Shown here piece after piece: positions 11,637 through 21,936 of a stretch of DNA of 64,000 bases. The notes under the pieces are model-generated. The model had not been told where the DNA came from. It ran no database searches and saw only the letters and a program-made list of their open reading frames with translations. Made by a program: the position numbers and the translations under genes. Origin of the DNA: an uncultured Nitrososphaerales archaeon (GTDB lineage Archaea > Thermoproteota > Nitrososphaeria > Nitrososphaerales > Nitrososphaeraceae); the NCBI GenBank assembly GCA_963713605.1, contig CAVQMO010000010.1, positions 1,056,001 through 1,120,000 on the forward strand, in the 5' to 3' direction. Numbering within the stretch: position 1 is the first letter of the stretch; every line of letters begins with the position of its first letter.

Positions 11637-11969
11637 ATGAAGTCGATGCGCGGAGATATCCAAATCTATGCCGCCAGAATGACAAAATACAGTGACTCTT
11701 TAATGATAAATGTCTGCGATGCAGATCTAGTTGGTAAAACATTGAATCAAGGAGAAATGGTCATTTCCCTATCGCTAGACTATTTTCAGGAAGAAATAAT
11801 TGAAAAGGAGAAAGCTGCTGACCTTCTGAATAAGTGCTCGATTGCTAATCTTGTTGGTGAGAAGATTGTCGCATTGGCCATCTCTATGGGACTAGCAAAA
11901 GAGGTTAGTGTGAAACGAATCTGCGGCGTCCCTTTCTTAATGATTTTTAAGTTCTGCCAGACATCGTGA
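11637..11969 (+). CDS. DUF424 family protein
   Basis: CDADLVGK, IANLVGE, ICGVP motifs. Confidence 0.85.
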   Translation: MKSMRGDIQIYAARMTKYSDSLMINVCDADLVGKTLNQGEMVISLSLDYFQEEIIEKEKAADLLNKCSIANLVGEKIVALAISMGLAKEVSVKRICGVPFLMIFKFCQTS

Positions 11970-12082
11970 TTCGCATAAAACTAGTTGATGGTATTGTTGT
12001 TGTTCGACTTTTTTTGAATTTTCAAAGCTGTTACTTTAATATATCTAACTTATTCCAATGAAGGAACAGGGACGTACCAGGA

Positions 12083-12715
12083 TTGAGTGTGGAAGATAAC
12101 TTGAGAGCGTCTAAACATGGGGCAGAAGTCTCCCAACAGTTCATCAAGATTCCAGGAGAAAGGATAGGGGTTCTGATAGGCAAGAAAGGTGCAGTAGTAG
12201 AGAGAATAAAACAGGAATGTAGCGTAAACGTTGAGATTGAGAGCGAGACCGGAAACGTGATTGTTAGATACGATTCCATGTCTCTACTTGAAGGACATCC
12301 TTTCAAAGCGCTGGAGATAATCTCTGCCATTGCCAGAGGCTTTTCACCAGAGAGGGCATTCAAATTGCTCCATGAAGATGTTGTTTTTCAACTGCTTGAT
12401 ATGAGGGACTATGTAGGGAACTCGCAGAGTTCATTGATGAGATTAAAGGGCAGAATAATCGGTGAACGAGGAAAGTCCAGGCGCACCATCGAAGAGCTAA
12501 GTGGGGCCGATCTTTCAGTCTACGGACACACCGTTGGCTTTATTGGGATTTTTGAGGCCATTAAGGTAGCAGTTGAGGCGATAATTCTATTGACGAAAGG
12601 AAGTTCTCACAGGAGTGTTTATGCAATGTTGCAGAACTACAGACGCAAACTAAAACAAGAAAAGATATCCCTCTGGGAGGGACAGTTAACCATGGGTAAA
12701 CAAAAATTAGGTTAG
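12083..12715 (+). CDS. KH-domain ribosome-biogenesis protein (Dim2/Pno1-like)
   Basis: RIGVLIGKKG, AIARGFSPERA, GRIIGERGK. Confidence 0.92.
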   Translation: MSVEDNLRASKHGAEVSQQFIKIPGERIGVLIGKKGAVVERIKQECSVNVEIESETGNVIVRYDSMSLLEGHPFKALEIISAIARGFSPERAFKLLHEDVVFQLLDMRDYVGNSQSSLMRLKGRIIGERGKSRRTIEELSGADLSVYGHTVGFIGIFEAIKVAVEAIILLTKGSSHRSVYAMLQNYRRKLKQEKISLWEGQLTMGKQKLG

Positions 12716-12758
12716 GACTTCACCATTATGAATGAAGCCATTATTCCGCTTCTGATGA

Positions 12759-13340
12759 CTAGGTATCTAATTTTTTTCTATCGATAGTTCGCGCCCATCG
12801 CTTGAAGACGTTATTTGGAATACGGAATTGGTCTAAGACCTTTCCTACGATGTGGTTCACTAGATCGTCAATAGTTTCCGGTTTATGGTAGAAGCCGGGC
12901 ATGGCAGGGAGCAACACGGCACCGGTCTTATTCAACCGAAGCATATTGAGAAGATGAATTCTCGATAGAGGCGTTTCGCGGGGAACTATTACCAATCTTC
13001 GTGTCTCCTTCAAGCAAACGTCTGCAGCACGTGAAATTAGATTATCATCATAACCATTCGCTATGCTTGACAATGTTTTCATGCTGCATGGAATAATCAC
13101 CATGCCATCTGAGAGAAAAGACCCACTGGATATTTCCGATGCCATGTTATGAGGGTCGTAATTTACAGATGCAAGTGATTTAATGTATTTGGTGGTGAAA
13201 TTTGTTTCAATTCTAATAGTTTTTTCGGCCCATTCACTAATAATCAAATGACTCTCAATATTCAACTCAAAGAGTGCCTCTAGAAATTTTATCCCATAGA
13301 TAACGCCAGAGCCCCCAGTGATCCCTACAATGAGTTTCAT
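12759..13340 (-). CDS. ubiX: Flavin prenyltransferase
   Basis: GITGGSG, PCSMKTL, RAADVCLKE, PRETP, PGFY. Confidence 0.95.
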   Translation of the reverse strand: MKLIVGITGGSGVIYGIKFLEALFELNIESHLIISEWAEKTIRIETNFTTKYIKSLASVNYDPHNMASEISSGSFLSDGMVIIPCSMKTLSSIANGYDDNLISRAADVCLKETRRLVIVPRETPLSRIHLLNMLRLNKTGAVLLPAMPGFYHKPETIDDLVNHIVGKVLDQFRIPNNVFKRWARTIDRKKLDT

Positions 13341-13433
13341 ATTCTACCTTAGTAAAAGGCAATTCCTATTTATTCCTGATGACCCGGTAGTAACAAAACA
13401 AATTAATGAACATTCATCTACGACAATTCTACA

Positions 13434-14334
13434 ATGCGCTTAACAGTATTTGGAAGTCTTGCATTGGACACTACTAGAACTCCATTTAGGACGGAAGTGG
13501 AAATAATGGGAGGCGCTCGCTACATATGCAGCTCTTGCCTCCAGCAAGTTCGTCGAAACAGAGATCCTGGGAGTAATCGGATCTGATTTTCCAGAAAAAT
13601 ACCTGGAGATCTTGCGATCAAAAGTTGGAACAGCTGGACTTGTGATGAAATCTGGTAAAAGAACATTTAGATATGATTCTTCATTTAATTACGATCTTTC
13701 GCACAGGACTACTAACAAGACGGAGCTTAACGTGATATCAGAATACGAACCGTCGGTACCAGATCAACTTAAGAATTCAATGTATATCTATTTGGCAAAC
13801 AACGATCCGATTCAGAATATGAAGATGCTTAAGCAATTCATAAATCCAAAGTTGGTAGTTTGTGATACCATAGAATTTTGGATTCAAACCAAACCCGATG
13901 CGGTGAAAAAAATGTTTGGAATGGTCCACGGTGTGATTATTAATGATCAGGAAGCAAGAATGCTTTGTGGCATGTCAAACCTAATTAAATGTGCCAAAGA
14001 GATACTCTCGTGGGGTCCAGAATTTGTTATCATCAAAAAGGGGGAACACGGTTCGGTCTTGGTGCGATCTGATATGATCTTTGTTGCTCCTGCTTATCCG
14101 CTTGAGGAGATTGTCGACCCTACTGGAGCTGGTGACTCCTTTGCCGGAGGATTTATGGGGCACTTGGCCTCAATTGAAGCTAATGATGTGAAAGAATTTA
14201 GGTCTGCAGTAGTTTACGGTAACGTCATGGGCTCTTTTGCAGTAGAAGACTTTGGTTTGACCAGACTTCTTAACATCGGCAATGAAGAAATTATCAAAAG
14301 ATTCCATCTCTACCGAACACTAACACAGCTTTAG
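13434..14334 (+). CDS. PfkB family carbohydrate/nucleoside kinase (frameshift near 13517)
   Basis: ATG 13434 MRLTVFGSLALD; DPTGAGDSFAGG signature. Confidence 0.9.
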
Positions 14335-14389
14335 ACTTCGCAGATTTTTTAAGCTTGTTGCTTCGAAAACAGGAAGTAAGCATGCACCA

Positions 14390-15019
14390 ATGACGATCGC
14401 ACCTCTCAATCATGTAACGGCTTGTTTAGGACGTACTTTCTACGAAAGGGATACCTGTGAGGTAGCAAAATCACTTTTGGGGAAGATTTTTGCACGGAAA
14501 ATAATATCGCCAGGTGGTAACATAAGATTGGCTGGTTACGTTGTCGAAACTGAAGCATATGGTTACCGAGATGACCCCGCTAGTCACGCGTTTAGTGGTA
14601 ATAGGCCCAGGAACTCTATTATGTTCGGGGACGTGGGCTGTTTATATGTATATTTTGTTTATGGTAAACACTTTTGTGCTAACGTCACCGCAAGAAAGAA
14701 CGATACCAAGGCTGGTGCCGTACTAATTAGATCCATTCTGCCTTTAGCGGGACAAGATATGATGAGCAAGATGAGAAAGAATTCTAAGAATTTGACAATA
14801 GGTCCTGGTCGGGTTACAGAGGCTATGTCAATAACGTTGGCTCACAATGGCTTGGACGTTACTCAAGAGACCTCTCTTATCTCTATCCATCAAGGGCTAG
14901 AGATCGCCGACTTTATGACAAGCACAAGGATAGGGATATCAAAAGCCATTGACAGGCCTTGGCGATACACCGCTACCAGATTTGCTTCTGGCTTGAAGAT
15001 TAAATTCCGTGATAGGTGA
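14390..15019 (+). CDS. 3-methyladenine DNA glycosylase (MPG/AAG family)
   Basis: VETEAY, DDPASH, YVYFVYG, GAVLIR, GPGR, RIGI. Confidence 0.93.
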   Translation: MTIAPLNHVTACLGRTFYERDTCEVAKSLLGKIFARKIISPGGNIRLAGYVVETEAYGYRDDPASHAFSGNRPRNSIMFGDVGCLYVYFVYGKHFCANVTARKNDTKAGAVLIRSILPLAGQDMMSKMRKNSKNLTIGPGRVTEAMSITLAHNGLDVTQETSLISIHQGLEIADFMTSTRIGISKAIDRPWRYTATRFASGLKIKFRDR

Positions 15020-15081
15020 TATCATGCTTACAATCTTTCAAGAAGTCATATAATCTTCTTGAAATTGTTCAAATTGCATTG

Positions 15082-16581
15082 TTAGGCGAGCAACACTTTT
15101 TTTCCTGCATTCATTATGTTTTTCTTGTCAAAAATCTTCTTTACTTGAACAAAAAGTTGGTAAGTATCAGCACCAAACATTTCTTTAATGTAGCGAGAAC
15201 GCACCAACCCATCCCCATGTTCCGCACTAATGCTCCCTCTAAGCTCCTTCACTTTTAAAAAAACCTCGCTGGCAAGCTGCTCGATGACCAGTTCGCCCTG
15301 AGCAGACTGGGCATTAATTAGAGGTCTGGTGTGAATATTCCCATTACCAATATGACCGTACATCACATAATCCAACATATACCTATCATAAATTTTCTGA
15401 ATGAATGGAATGAATTCTTCTAACAAGGACGGATTAACTATAGTATCCTCAATAATTCCTATAGCCTTCTTATTACCATCACTGATTCGCAGAATGTGGT
15501 TTAATGAGTTTCTTCTTTCTTCCCATGCAGCATTACAACTATTCGTGTCAGACAAGATCTCTATCGAATTGCATCTCTGTTGGAGTGCAGATCTACATCT
15601 ATCAACTTGTTGTTCTAGTTTTGTCAGGGACTCTCCACAGAATTCCGCATAGATGGTAGGGAAATCCGTTAATCCTTTCTCTTTAAGGCGTCCGAAACTT
15701 AGGAGCTCAACAGCTGAAGGATGAAACGATAATATTTTCGGGATGAATTGCAATAAGCTTACCATATCTAAGAATTCGCAAACAAGTAAAATCTCATATT
15801 GCGGAATTTCTATTGTTCTCAGTTTAGCTTTAGTTATGATTCCAAGCGTACCCTCTGCTCCTGCAAAAACCCTTTGGGGAAAATATGATCCGTTTCGGAC
15901 CAAAGCATCCAGCCTAAATCCGGAGGAATTTTTTGAGGTATCTGGGTAAGACGCGGCGATCAGGCCTAAATTTGATAAGACTATGGGAAGAATTGACCCA
16001 CAGCGTTGATCAGGCTGGATTGATGAGCCGATTGTACTCGTGGATCCATCACAGTAGACCACGTCCAATTCTTCGATGTAGTCAATAGTCCTACCATATC
16101 TTAACGTGTGAGCTCCACTCGAATTGTTGGCAATCATGCCACCAATCGTGCAAAAATTACTGCTCGATGGATCGGGGGGAAGCAACTTTCCTTTTTTCTT
16201 AAGCTCTTTGTCCAATACTGTCTTTACAACTCCGGGTTCGAGCACCACACAACTTTCTTCAATTTCAATGATCCTGTTCAAATGCTTGCCAATGTCAACT
16301 ACTATTCCCTGGGTTAGTGCTTGTCCTAGTAGGCCCGTCCCACCTCCTTTGGGAGTTAATGGAATTTCTCTTCCATATGCGTATTGACATATATTAATAA
16401 CATCAGTCACGTCCTCCGGCACAAAAACCATTGACGGAAGAATCTGAAAACGACTAGCATCAACTGAGTGTATGAGCCTTGTCCATTGATCAGTGTACAC
16501 CTTGCCTGCCAATTTCCCCCAATGGTCATCGTCTAGCATCCGGATAAAATATACCGTATCAACGATATAAGTGAGCGGCAC
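15082..16581 (-). CDS. FAD-binding oxidoreductase (GlcD/D-lactate dehydrogenase family)
   Basis: GGGTGLLGQ, PDPSS, TIGGM, GAEGTLGIIT, GHIGNGNIH, SAEHGDG, MNAGK. Confidence 0.92.
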   Translation of the reverse strand: MPLTYIVDTVYFIRMLDDDHWGKLAGKVYTDQWTRLIHSVDASRFQILPSMVFVPEDVTDVINICQYAYGREIPLTPKGGGTGLLGQALTQGIVVDIGKHLNRIIEIEESCVVLEPGVVKTVLDKELKKKGKLLPPDPSSSNFCTIGGMIANNSSGAHTLRYGRTIDYIEELDVVYCDGSTSTIGSSIQPDQRCGSILPIVLSNLGLIAASYPDTSKNSSGFRLDALVRNGSYFPQRVFAGAEGTLGIITKAKLRTIEIPQYEILLVCEFLDMVSLLQFIPKILSFHPSAVELLSFGRLKEKGLTDFPTIYAEFCGESLTKLEQQVDRCRSALQQRCNSIEILSDTNSCNAAWEERRNSLNHILRISDGNKKAIGIIEDTIVNPSLLEEFIPFIQKIYDRYMLDYVMYGHIGNGNIHTRPLINAQSAQGELVIEQLASEVFLKVKELRGSISAEHGDGLVRSRYIKEMFGADTYQLFVQVKKIFDKKNIMNAGKKVLLA

Positions 16582-16801
16582 TTTGTTGCTTACCTTTGGC
16601 TATGATTGCACCCATGCAAGTATGTGGATCGATTTGATGTAAGAAATTTTTGTCCATCTAATAACCCAGGATCCCGCTAATCCTTTCGCTTGCAAGGGGG
16701 CCTCTGGACTGACCCTTTTGAGTTGATACCATAATTAAAAGGAGGTAACATTATGTAACAATTATTGGACTGGAAGGGCGGAAAAATGTCTATATCTAGA
16801 G

Positions 16802-17425
16802 TTGTGTCTTGATTCCCTTGTGAATAAGGGAAAATTATTTTTCATCTATGTTGCTAAAGAGTCAGAATGGAAGGACAGAGAAAGTCAAGATTGGATCTAT
16901 GTTCTAGCTATGGTGCGCTTTTTCAATTGGTGGATGAAAAGAAACTTCAATACTAGTTTCACAATAGATGCTGATATATTACCTGTGATTCCAGGCCATC
17001 TATTTGATCGAATGTCTATTGGCTATCTGACAAGAGATCACAAAGAAAGAGGGTCATCGACATATCATTTCTATCTGGCCTATTTTAAACCAATTTGGAC
17101 TGATTGTAAGATCGAAGGATATTCAGCTGAAAATTTTTCGATGGTATATTGGAAGAGACCAGAACATAACGTATTTGGATATGATAGATCAAAATTCTTC
17201 GCGGAAAATAACTGTGCAAAAATATCTCACCTTCTTACCCATGAATGTTTGAGACTCTTAGGAAGACACAGAAAAGAGTATTTTTCATCGGTACATGACC
17301 TATGGGAAAGCCATATGAGAGGTTCAATTCCCTTTGTGTACCATAATGATAAATTTGCACAGGTTTCAGATGACTCAACATACTATTACAAGGTAATAGA
17401 TGTGAAACGACTACGCCATCTGTGA
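16802..17425 (+). CDS. Hypothetical protein (possible zincin-like HE motif)
   Basis: Intact 207-aa ORF; HLLTHECLR. Confidence 0.7.
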   Translation: MCLDSLVNKGKLFFIYVAKESEWKDRESQDWIYVLAMVRFFNWWMKRNFNTSFTIDADILPVIPGHLFDRMSIGYLTRDHKERGSSTYHFYLAYFKPIWTDCKIEGYSAENFSMVYWKRPEHNVFGYDRSKFFAENNCAKISHLLTHECLRLLGRHRKEYFSSVHDLWESHMRGSIPFVYHNDKFAQVSDDSTYYYKVIDVKRLRHL

Positions 17426-17446
17426 CGCAAGTAAGAGTGAAAAAGA

Positions 17447-17722
17447 TTGGATCACTTTGAAGAAGTCGTGATTAAGTGTGGGGCGATTTCCTCTCTAATT
17501 GGGGTTGCCATCTTGACGACATTGATCATTGTCCTTTTAGCCTATCCGGTCTCAAAGTACTGTAAGGGTAACACTGACAATTGTGAATTCATTTCTCAGG
17601 CTCCCGAACCACTCAGAGGTATTGTTCAACCTATTACCTTGATTACGTCGTTGGCAGGAATAGCTGCTGGGATATTATTGCTAAGGTTAGGGATGTGGCG
17701 CAGGACTAGAAAAATCACTTAG
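17447..17722 (+). CDS. Small two-TM membrane protein
   Basis: Two hydrophobic helices around a Cys-pair loop. Confidence 0.7.
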   Translation: MDHFEEVVIKCGAISSLIGVAILTTLIIVLLAYPVSKYCKGNTDNCEFISQAPEPLRGIVQPITLITSLAGIAAGILLLRLGMWRRTRKIT

Positions 17723-18087
17723 GACAGCGATATCCATTTAATATGAATACGGACGTCGCATCATTACCGAAAGTGTATCGGGTTCAATGAGATGGTCACG
17801 CGCATGAGTCTTAATATTCACGACATGAAGGATGGGGCCGAAGGGATATGTTCTACCTGCACCATCAGGTGTCAGTAATTGAACCCTTGATCCACGGGTT
17901 TCTGCCCAATTACGTTGGTTGGGATGTAAGATCTGGAGCCCGTTGCGATTCCTGGCTTCGCTACGACCCCACCCAGCAACGGCTGTAAATATTGAAGCGT
18001 AATATCTGCGTATCTGTGTAATCTGAACCTCAGGCAAAAATACTTGTCAAGGAAAGAGATAAATAATTTCGGAGCATACCCAACGAT

Positions 18088-18947
18088 ATTGACCGGAGAA
18101 ACGCAGACTGCGGGCAAGACGAACCAGAATAAAGATCTTGAGAGCAATAGCAGATAAAAGTGGCGCTGCAAGGTTCTCCGACATTAAGAATGCCACGCGA
18201 CTTTCTACTGGTTCAATATACTATCATCTTGAACGAATGGCTGATTATGTAGGGAAAAATTCGAAGGAATATACCCTTACTGACCAAGGATTTCGGTTTC
18301 TTGAAGAAATCGATCATAGCTATATCGACAACCGACCAGAACAGATCCCTGTCCCTCAAAAGGTGATGGAGGCTCAGATGCCTTCCGGAGAAAGCATAGG
18401 CCGACAATCATTGAAGGGGTTTATGTGGATAATTCCTTATGCAGGTATAGTTGCCGCAATAATATCTGTGTTGCAGGTTAATTCGGCCTTGGGTCTCCCC
18501 GGATTGGATTTAGACAAGATGATTGCTAATGCAAGTTTAATATCATCTTTATCGATAACAGGTATTCTCGCTGCAGCATTCTTGATTATGTTCAGGAGGC
18601 AGATAATCCCTAGGGGAGTTAAAGGTATCATCTTGTCTACGGCGACTATAGTATCAGTACTTGCCGTGAATTTAATAGTATTCTCGGGGCTTTATACACA
18701 GATAGGTGTGATTTCTAGTGTTTCTTATGCCACTGAAATAATTGCCAATGCAAGCTTAATATCATCTTTATCAATAACAGGTATTCTCGCTGCAGCATTC
18801 TTGATTATGTTCAGGAGGCAGATAATCCCAGGAGGGGTTAGGGGATTGACATTTCCTGCTCTAATTGTAATATCGGTAGTCATTGTTAATATTCTTGTGT
18901 TCTCAGGGCTGGATGCACAAGTAACGATGAATCAAGTAGTTTATTAA
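18088..18947 (+). CDS. Winged-helix (ArsR-like) regulator fused to multi-TM domain with an internal 73-aa duplication; 5' end probably frameshifted
   Basis: RIKILRAIA...FSDIKNATRLSTGSIYYHLERM; repeated IANASLISSLSITGILAAAFLIMFRRQIIP. Confidence 0.75.
18522..18829 (+). repeat. Intragenic direct repeat (~89 bp near-identical, copies start 18522 and 18741)
   Basis: attgctaatgcaagtttaatatc...gataatccc versus attgccaatgcaagcttaatatc...gataatccc, 219 bp apart. Confidence 0.9.
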
Positions 18948-18959
18948 ATTAGATTACGT

Positions 18960-19382
18960 TTGAGCCAGTCAACATGGCTATTATACCTTAATAAAGGCTG
19001 TTGCAAGGTACTGGATACTGTAGTGGTTGCCCGCCGTAGAAATTGCGACATTATGTTGAAATCAGTTTTAGGACTTGAACCAAATGAAGCCCAACTTTAC
19101 TTGTTGGTTGTTTATTCAGGGAAAATGACTGTCTCCAAAATTGCGGAGGCTTGCAATTGGAACGTTGAAAAGGCGAAGCTCTATTCAATTATGTTGATGG
19201 AGAAAGGAATGCTTATCGAGATCAACGACGATGAATTTGAGTCACTTCATCCTCGATTCGCATTATCAAACAGGTATAGAAGGAGATGCAGTGAGTTAGG
19301 CATCGAATATGGTAGGAACGATCAAGTGGATAGCCTAGCGATCTATTTAGAAAAGCACTACGACTTGGCGAGAACCAAATAA
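18960..19382 (+). CDS. TrmB-like HTH transcriptional regulator (true start probably ~19053)
   Basis: LGLEPNEAQLYLLVV.SGKMTVSKIA...LMEKGML. Confidence 0.7.
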   Translation: MSQSTWLLYLNKGCCKVLDTVVVARRRNCDIMLKSVLGLEPNEAQLYLLVVYSGKMTVSKIAEACNWNVEKAKLYSIMLMEKGMLIEINDDEFESLHPRFALSNRYRRRCSELGIEYGRNDQVDSLAIYLEKHYDLARTK

Positions 19383-19415
19383 ATATACCGAAGATTAAAT
19401 CTAAGGACGAATTGA

Positions 19416-19853
19416 TTGACAGCGGATACGAGTGATTCCAATTCTGTCACCGGAGTTGTGTATTTTGGGGTAATCAATATAAATGAACGACATAGAAATA
19501 TTGGATCTGTTGATGTCTGGCGAAGCGTAGTGACCAAAGAGTTTTTCTGTGAGGAAAAAAGAATCGGTATTCTGGATATTTCAGACAAGATTGGGTTGCA
19601 TAGAATTGACAAGAGTAAAAAATGGGCAGTTGCAGTACATAGAAAGAGAAGAGGAACTAACAGATGGAAGCTAGTTGAACTTATTGGAAAGGGTCCTCAA
19701 CGATTCATAGATTCTGATGATGAGTCAGTAGTTGAAGTAAGTAGTGATAGCTATAGCATTGTTGATGTTGATTGGTGGAGTTTTTTGGTAGAACCCAATG
19801 TAAATCGAACAGTGGACGTTACTGAGGATCTTCCCGGAAATGCTGCCAGATAA
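19416..19853 (+). CDS. Hypothetical protein
   Basis: Intact 145-aa ORF in operon-like arrangement. Confidence 0.7.
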   Translation: MTADTSDSNSVTGVVYFGVININERHRNIGSVDVWRSVVTKEFFCEEKRIGILDISDKIGLHRIDKSKKWAVAVHRKRRGTNRWKLVELIGKGPQRFIDSDDESVVEVSSDSYSIVDVDWWSFLVEPNVNRTVDVTEDLPGNAAR

Positions 19854-20157
19854 AACTTCAGAATTCCACCACCCTTATACTGCAGTTATAACATCCTCTA
19901 GAGGAGGCAACATCGCAAGTAAGTTGAGAGGATATATACTGATAGATGGCAAGAAATTTCATTTCAGTGCGTTGGCATTTGGGAGGATCGGCGGGCATAA
20001 TATTAACCTTAATCTTTCAAAGAAAACTCTTGCAGAGGTGACAAAGATGGGTCTAGATGGTGAAAAACTTTCTCTAAATCTGCAGAGAAAGCTCATTGAA
20101 GGGGACGTAATTCTGAAACCTAGTAGGCAAGTGGATAGAGATAAAATGACTGTCTAG
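19840..20157 (+). CDS. Hypothetical protein
   Basis: Intact 105-aa ORF overlapping the upstream gene. Confidence 0.65.
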   Translation: MLPDKTSEFHHPYTAVITSSRGGNIASKLRGYILIDGKKFHFSALAFGRIGGHNINLNLSKKTLAEVTKMGLDGEKLSLNLQRKLIEGDVILKPSRQVDRDKMTV

Positions 20158-20957
20158 ACCAGGGCATCTTTAAGTGAAGTTCCACAGTTGCATTTTTTTC
20201 TTCTTTTAGGGACCTCTACGATCAATTCCTTAATCAGGGTTTTAGTCTTCCCAATATTTGCTTGCAATTGGCTCAAAATACCTTGAGAGCTCACGGGGTG
20301 TTGAGCCCAGACATCGAAGTCAGTAATTGTTGCCAACGACACATAGCAAATTTCTGCCTCCCTAGCCAACACACATTCAGGAACTAGGGTCATCCCGATT
20401 ATGTGGGCACCTACCACCTCTCGGTAATATTTGGATTCCGCCCTGGTTGAGAATCTCGGACCTTCGATACACAAATAGGTGGCATGATCGTGACAAGGGA
20501 ATGAATGTTCTCTAGCCAATTTGGCAGTTATATCTCTAAGCTCAGGACAAAATGGATCGGCGACAGAAATATGACAAACTCTTCCACCATGGTAGAAGGT
20601 CTGTTCCCTTCTTCTAGTAAAGTCTACAAACTGGTCAGGTACGATGATGTCTCCTGGGACAAGAGACTTATCAAGACTTCCGACGGCGGAGGGAGAAATT
20701 ATTCTTGATACTCTAATCTCCTTTAATGCCCAAATATTTGCTCTATAGTTGATGCCATGAGGAGGTATTGTATGATTCCTACCATGTCGAGGCAAAAATG
20801 CGACCTTTACACCCTCTAATTCACCTATGGTGATGAGGTCAGAAGGTTGCCCAAATGGTGTACTCATCTTAGCTTCAACTATATTTGTGAGCATGGTGGT
20901 ATCGTACATCCCTGTTCCTCCAATAATAGCAATATCAGCAGTGGGTCCGGTTGTCAT
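20154..20957 (-). CDS. mtnP: 5'-methylthioadenosine phosphorylase
   Basis: IIGGTG, LPRHGRNH, NYRANIWAL, EGPRFSTRAES, GMTLVPE. Confidence 0.95.
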   Translation of the reverse strand: MTTGPTADIAIIGGTGMYDTTMLTNIVEAKMSTPFGQPSDLITIGELEGVKVAFLPRHGRNHTIPPHGINYRANIWALKEIRVSRIISPSAVGSLDKSLVPGDIIVPDQFVDFTRRREQTFYHGGRVCHISVADPFCPELRDITAKLAREHSFPCHDHATYLCIEGPRFSTRAESKYYREVVGAHIIGMTLVPECVLAREAEICYVSLATITDFDVWAQHPVSSQGILSQLQANIGKTKTLIKELIVEVPKRRKKCNCGTSLKDALV

Positions 20958-20963
20958 CTTGAA

Positions 20964-21497
20964 TTAGTATACAATTAATGACTGAATATTATACCCTAAC
21001 TCCCGCAATGATGCTCCACCTTTCAGGTCCTTTAATTCAATCAAAAAAGCGAATCCAGAGATATTAGCCCCCTCATCCCTCAATAACCTCGCAGCTGCCA
21101 AGGCCGTACCGCCTGTTGCTATCAGATCGTCTGCAACTATGACATTCTGTCCAGGTAGAAGACTCCCTTGTTGGATCTCCATCTCTGCTGTGCCATATTC
21201 AATCTGATATGATTGTCGACTAGTCCTGCCTGGTAATTTTCCAGCTTTTCTAATCATGATTACACCTAAACCAAATCTTATTGCGATACAGGTCGCAATG
21301 ATAAAGCCTCTAGATTCAATTCCTGCAACCACCTTAGGCTTTTCTGCAATAAACCTGCGATGGAATTCTTCCGAGATATAATTTAAAGCATTTCCGTCAC
21401 TAATTAGAGGATTAATATCTCTGAATAATACTCCTTGTTTTGGGAAATCGGGAAAATCCTTTATTAGTTTCTTTAGATCGAGTGGCTTCGCAGTCAA
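20964..21497 (-). CDS. apt: Adenine phosphoribosyltransferase
   Basis: DFPKQGVLFRDI, ESRGF, RKAGKLP, DDLIATGGT. Confidence 0.95.
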   Translation of the reverse strand: MTAKPLDLKKLIKDFPDFPKQGVLFRDINPLISDGNALNYISEEFHRRFIAEKPKVVAGIESRGFIIATCIAIRFGLGVIMIRKAGKLPGRTSRQSYQIEYGTAEMEIQQGSLLPGQNVIVADDLIATGGTALAAARLLRDEGANISGFAFLIELKDLKGGASLRELGYNIQSLIVY

Positions 21498-21936
21498 TAA
21501 ATCCCTACGGAAATCCCGTAGATAAAAAACCTTTCTAAACTAACTGCGAAAGCGTCGATAAGCTAATACGTCCAATCATTTGTTTATTCCCCATTCTTAG
21601 TAATTCGAGTCGTGCGCAGTTACGGAATAAGAAATATTAACAATAGTAATCATATTAGCATTCAATTGGAATCTTTAAGCAGGGCAAATATTCCAGAATT
21701 CCACTACTTAGATATAACTTTCTCATTTGTTACACTACTACTTTTCGAATTGAGAATTTAGAATGCTTTATTTTCAAGTCCATCTTTCTGCTATATCTAT
21801 TCACAAGTTTGGTATCCTACCGAATAAGACGAATAGTTTACTTTAATTTAGTGAAATAATTCTATTTTAGAGATTGTACTTTTCAAAAAGTTGAAAAGAA
21901 GATATAAATAATATCAAAGATAATATTTAGATAACT

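Noticed and set aside
21506..21522. Hairpin ctacgg-aaatc-ccgtag upstream of apt as a purine riboswitch
   Set aside because: Too short and lacks the three-way-junction consensus.
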